Below, one piece after another: positions 1 to 25,123 of a stretch of DNA of 25,123 nt (positions within the stretch are counted from its first letter, which is position 1; every line of letters starts with the position of its first letter). The notes under the pieces are model-generated. The model did no database searches, was not told the DNA's origin, and worked only from the letters and a program-made list of their open reading frames with translations. The DNA lies in contig JAQGDQ010001800.1 of NCBI GenBank assembly GCA_030141605.1, positions 1 to 25,123 of the forward strand. The letters run 5' to 3'. The DNA comes from Tubiluchus corallicola (taxonomy: Eukaryota; Animalia; Priapulida). Made by a program: the position numbers and the translations under genes.

Positions 1-35
1 CTGATGATGACAGCAGTAGCTCTGTCGAAACGTTT
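1..35 (+). ncRNA. Minimal hammerhead ribozyme core, probably from a Penelope-like element terminal repeat (5' arm of stem I outside window)
   Basis: CTGATGA(1-7), T, stem GACAG(9-13)/CTGTC(22-26), GAAA(27-30), palindromic AAACGTTT(28-35); AATAAA follows at 71-76. Confidence 0.6.
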
Positions 36-483
36 GACATAATTTTTTAACTATGTAAATTAAAAGTTTTAATAAACTCGTGATGTTTTAAACAGAAATT
101 TAAAACATATTTACATGCTAAATTACAAAAACCAGACCGCGCACAATTATTGTCAATTACTATCCGCTATAATGCACTAAATGGAATTTGTTCTTTAAGA
201 AGATTTTTGTCTTAACGCAGTATACCAATCCAGTCAACTTATGAACGATAACGATCCATTTAATGCAGTATTAGCGGTGTGACGCTCCACGATCTCGTAA
301 ATTCCCATTTAATTGACTCAACCTTTGCGACAGCCATGTGTCGTGTGCACTAGGAACAATTATCTAGTTACGAGTAACCAGAAAACGAGGGCCAGCACCA
401 TCCAATGCAGTACGTCAGTTAACAGCAGAGTTTCAATTTTTACGTCAGCACAAGTTTCATACAGTGATTTTGCTAATATAGGT

Positions 484-1024
484 TTTACACGTCAAATGTA
501 GACACAGGAAAGTTCAAATGTGACTTAGGTAACTCAAATGTAGACATAGGAATTTCGAATGTGTTTTGGTAACTCAAATGTGACTTAGGTAAGTCAAATG
601 TGACTTAGGTAAGTCAAATGTAGACAGAAATTAGCGCTGCATTAATGAATTAGTTTCGCTCAAGAAACATTGTTTATTTTAAGAATGTATTGTTTTCTCT
701 AACAGTTCCAATGGTATGTAAAGTTTGCAGAACATTAGTGAACCTATAACGTTGTTATTTTAACTTAAGAGCAATGATTAAATTGAAATTAAAGAAGATT
801 AAATTTAACATCCTTAAACTTTACCACCTATCCACATTTGAGTTACCAATGTCACATTTGACTTGACATGTGTCTACATTTGACTTACCAAAAACGCTTA
901 ACATTTCTTGAAAACCATTGTTAACACATTTGAACTACCTAAGTCTACATTTGAGTTACCAAGACACATTTGAATTACCTAAATCTACATTTGACTTAAC
1001 GTAGGTCTATATTTGACATGTATA
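484..1024. mobile_element. Foldback/MITE-like remnant with inverted arrays of a ~20-bp motif
   Basis: GGTAA(C/G)TCAAATGT(A)GAC repeated at ~491-627 and as reverse complement at ~833-1020. Confidence 0.55.
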
Positions 1025-1599
1025 CAAGCTCTGTGCGCAATAAGACAGCATGTAGATGGTACAAAATTTCAAAATGGATTTTTTTAGCTTTACTAAAGTT
1101 GATGTCAACTGTTTCTTGTCCTTTAAGTTTTATTGGTGACTATCATCACACGCTTATCGTTCTAGGCATATTCACTTTGCTGGTAAGACTAGCGTTTACT
1201 GCAGCTACCTTTCATATTTTAACACTGGTAATTACTAGTTGCCAAAGAACCGCTTATTGATCGAGCGTTTTTCCTCGGGCCTCTTCTCTGTGGAATATTC
1301 TTTAACGCAAACGTGCTTCCGTTAAAATTACCGTCTCATCTGCTCCAAGAGAAGCGTAAACAGGTGCCTCTTGTCACTAGGAAATTACTCTAAAAATATC
1401 ACTTTACCGGATTTATACGAGTAATTCGGTTTGTAACGGTAACCCAGTTTCTTGAGAGATTCCATTAGGTTTGCTTGGGGTGATTTGTGTGAAAAAGTCA
1501 TTGGTTCAATCCCAGGGTTTTCCATCCTTTCACTTACAAAATTTCAATAATTGTAATCAGTGAGTTCGTTCCGTCATTAATCAAAAAACTTGATACTGT

Positions 1600-3140
1600 A
1601 GAATAAAAATAATTGAAAGAAGTGAAAGTATTAGATAGTGTAATATAGAAATCATTATAAGAAGTAAAATTTTGATAGTATGGAATATAAACAATTATAA
1701 GAAGTGAAAGTATTAAATGCGGTAGAATATAAATTCTTATAAGATGTAAAATTATAGAACAGTATAGAATATAAATAATTACGAGAAGAGAAAGTATTCG
1801 ATACAGTAGAATTTAAATAATTATTAGAAGTGAAATTTTAAGACAGTATAGAATATAAACAATTATAAGAAGTGAAAGTATTAGATACAGTATAATATAA
1901 ATAATCATAAGAAGTGAAATTATAAGGTGGTATAGAATATAAGCAATTATAAGTAAAATTATAAGACAGTATAGAACATAAACAATTATAAGAAGTGAAA
2001 GTATTAGATACAGTAGAATATAAATAATTGTAAGAAGTGAAAGTATTAGATACAGTGGAATATAAATAATTACAAGAAGTAAAATTATGACACAGTATAG
2101 AATATAAACAATTATAAGTAAAATTATAAGACAGTATAGAACATAAACAATTATAAGAAGCAAAAGTATTAGATACAGTATAATATAAATAATCATAAGA
2201 AGTGAAATTATAAGGTGGTATAGAATATAAGCAATTATAAGTAAAATTATAAGACAGTATAGAACATAAACAATTATAAGAAGTGAAAGTATTAGATACA
2301 GTAGAATATAAATAATTGTAAGAAGTGAAAGTATTAGATACAGTGGAATATAAATAATTACAAGAAGTAAAATTATGACACAGTATAGAATATAAACAAT
2401 TATAAGTAAAATTATAAGACAGTATAGAACATAAACAATTATAAGAAGCAAAAGTATTAGATACAGTATAATATAAATAATCATAAGAAGTGAAATTATA
2501 AGGTGGTATAGAATATAAGCAATTATAAGTAAAATTATAAGACAGTATAGAACATAAACAATTATAAGAAGTGAAAGTATTAGATACAGTAGAATATAAA
2601 TAATCATAAGAAGTGAAATTATAAGGTGGTATAGAATATAAGCAATTATAAGTAAAATTATAAGACAGTATAGAACATAAACAATTATAAGAAGTGAAAG
2701 TATTAGATACAGTAGAATATAAATAATTGTAAGAAGTGAAAGTATTAGATACAGTAGAATATAAATAATTACAAGAAGTAAAATTATGACACAGTATAGA
2801 ATATAAACAATTATAAGTAAAATTATAAGACAGTATAGAATATAAACAATTATAAGTAAAATTATAAGACAGTATAGAACATAAACAATTATAAGAAGTG
2901 AAAGTATTGGATACAGTAGAATATAAATAATTATAAGAAGTGAAAGTATTAGATACAGTGGAATATAAATAATTACAAGAAGTAAAATTATGACGCAGTA
3001 TAGAATATAAACTATAATAAGAAGAGAAAGTATTAGATACAGTAAAATATGAATAATTATAAGAAGTAAAATTATGAGACAATATAGAATATAAACAATT
3101 ATAAAAAGGAAAATAAGAAATTGTACAATATATATAAATA
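1600..3140. repeat. AT-rich minisatellite, 39/42-bp units with 288-bp higher-order period
   Basis: Units TTATAAGAAGTGAAAGTATTAGATACAGTAGAATATAAATAA and TTATAAGTAAAATTATAAGACAGTATAGAATATAAACAA; rare variant CAAAAGTATT at 2161 and 2449. Confidence 0.92.
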
Positions 3141-3149
3141 ATTACAATA

Positions 3150-3212
3150 ATCTTGAAATTTCGACTTAGTATCTCGAAATTTCGATTCAGTAAGTCAAAA
3201 TTTCGAGTTAAT
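3150..3212. repeat. 21-bp tandem repeat x3, probable DNA-transposon subterminal remnant
   Basis: ATCT(T/C)GAAATTTCGA.T.AGT units. Confidence 0.5.
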
Positions 3213-3581
3213 ATTTTTTTTTAATTTTACTATATCCACAACGAGTCACCGTACTTCTCTAATAGGTCAAACAAAATCAAATTCATATTTCTTCTAGGAA
3301 CTAATGATTCCGAAATCTGCCTGTATTTTTGTAATCGAGTGCTTTATCAATACAAACCTAAATTAATGTACACATACCTACACAAAATAGTAATTTGTAA
3401 TTATCTACATTTAGAATGTATATTTAAATATTATATGTTGTCTCAGTACTTACTTTAGTATATTTCATGTAGTTGGTATTTTAATGTTGTATGTACTAAT
3501 CTTATCAGATGTTTGCGGCCCTGTATTGTTATGTTTTCGTATGACAATAATTCTTAAATCTTGTTAACTTGTCCATTACAG

Positions 3582-24425
<20,844 letters not shown>

Positions 24426-24491
24426 AAGCTCAAGTGTTTGTTATCCTCCCCACCAGATGGCAGTAGTTTATAACAGCAAATAATTTAAGCC

Positions 24492-24497
24492 ATTAAA
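24492..24497 (+). promoter_or_regulatory. Possible variant polyadenylation signal ATTAAA
   Basis: About 66 nt after the stop codon; no AATAAA seen between the stop and the downstream MITE. Confidence 0.3.
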
Positions 24498-24572
24498 ACA
24501 GGGCACTAATAATCGTTTTACAAGTTGTTGACTCTTAAAAATAGTTTAGAAAGAGATGATAGCCTCTTATTA

Positions 24573-25101
24573 CGGCGTGTTCAGACTACCAAGTTAACTC
24601 GCCAAGTAACTCGCAATCCTGATCAGGCTAGAGAGCAAAGTTTGCTGCGAGTTACTCTCAAACAGTAAGCATAAGCTGACACTCACCTCTCTATTCAATG
24701 CGAGAAATGTTATGAGTAACTCGCCAAGTAATTACCAAGTGTGTTCAGATTAGAAAACAAAACTTGTTGCGAGTTACTCTCCAACAGCGTGAGCTGACAC
24801 TCACTTCTCTACTCTCTGCGAGAAATGTTATGAGTAACTCGCCAAGTAATTAGCAAGTGTGTTTACATTAGACAGCAAAACATGCTGCGTGTTACTCTCC
24901 GTGGGTAAGCGTCTATTCACCGTGAGAAGTATCGAGAGTAACTCGTCGACGCGTTCACACTAGACAGTAACTCAACTCACAGCAACTGTCGGAGGGTTTG
25001 CAATAACTTTTCCGACAGTAACTCGTAAACAAGTTCACATTTGTGAGGTTGCCGTAAGTTCGAAAACTCGCGACAGAAAACTTGCTAGTCTGAACGCGCC
25101 A
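24573..25101. mobile_element. PIF/Harbinger-type MITE with internal ~120-bp tandem repeats
   Basis: 22-bp TIR GGCGTGTTCAGACTACCAAGTT / AACTTGCTAGTCTGAACGCGCC (2 mismatches); TTA flanks at 24570-24572 and 25102-25104; repeated GAGTAACTC/GAGTTACTC motifs. Confidence 0.82.
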
Positions 25102-25123
25102 TTACAGTGTTTTTGTATATATA

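Noticed and set aside
1018-1560. Possible upstream transmembrane exon of the cyclase
   Set aside because: No convincing splice-bounded frame with receptor-GC juxtamembrane motifs
1813-3082. Long minus-strand ORFs (264 and 414 aa)
   Set aside because: Products of an AT-rich tandem repeat, with no domain similarity or non-repetitive coding flanks

Overview
AT-rich, repeat-dense genomic DNA from an animal, probably an invertebrate. The + strand carries the last 13 coding exons (3582-24425; 533 aa plus stop) of a membrane (receptor-type) guanylyl cyclase resembling natriuretic-peptide receptors: kinase-homology pseudokinase domain, coiled-coil signalling helix and class III cyclase domain. All introns are GT-AG with consistent phases; the extracellular and transmembrane exons lie upstream of the window. 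Almost all long ORFs in the supplied track are artefacts of micro- and minisatellites. The introns and flanks hold three LINE remnants, a hAT-type MITE with a perfect 8-bp TSD, a Harbinger-type MITE, a probable solo LTR and a dispersed repeat family present four times. The most notable observations are a hammerhead-ribozyme core at 1-35, a 5S-rRNA-headed SINE-like element with no terminator for about 390 nt, a 30-bp minisatellite that starts at a splice donor and reiterates donor, branch-point/QKI and RBFOX motifs, and a heat-shock-element plus TATA cassette in the intronic LTR. All calls are by eye; no database searches were run.
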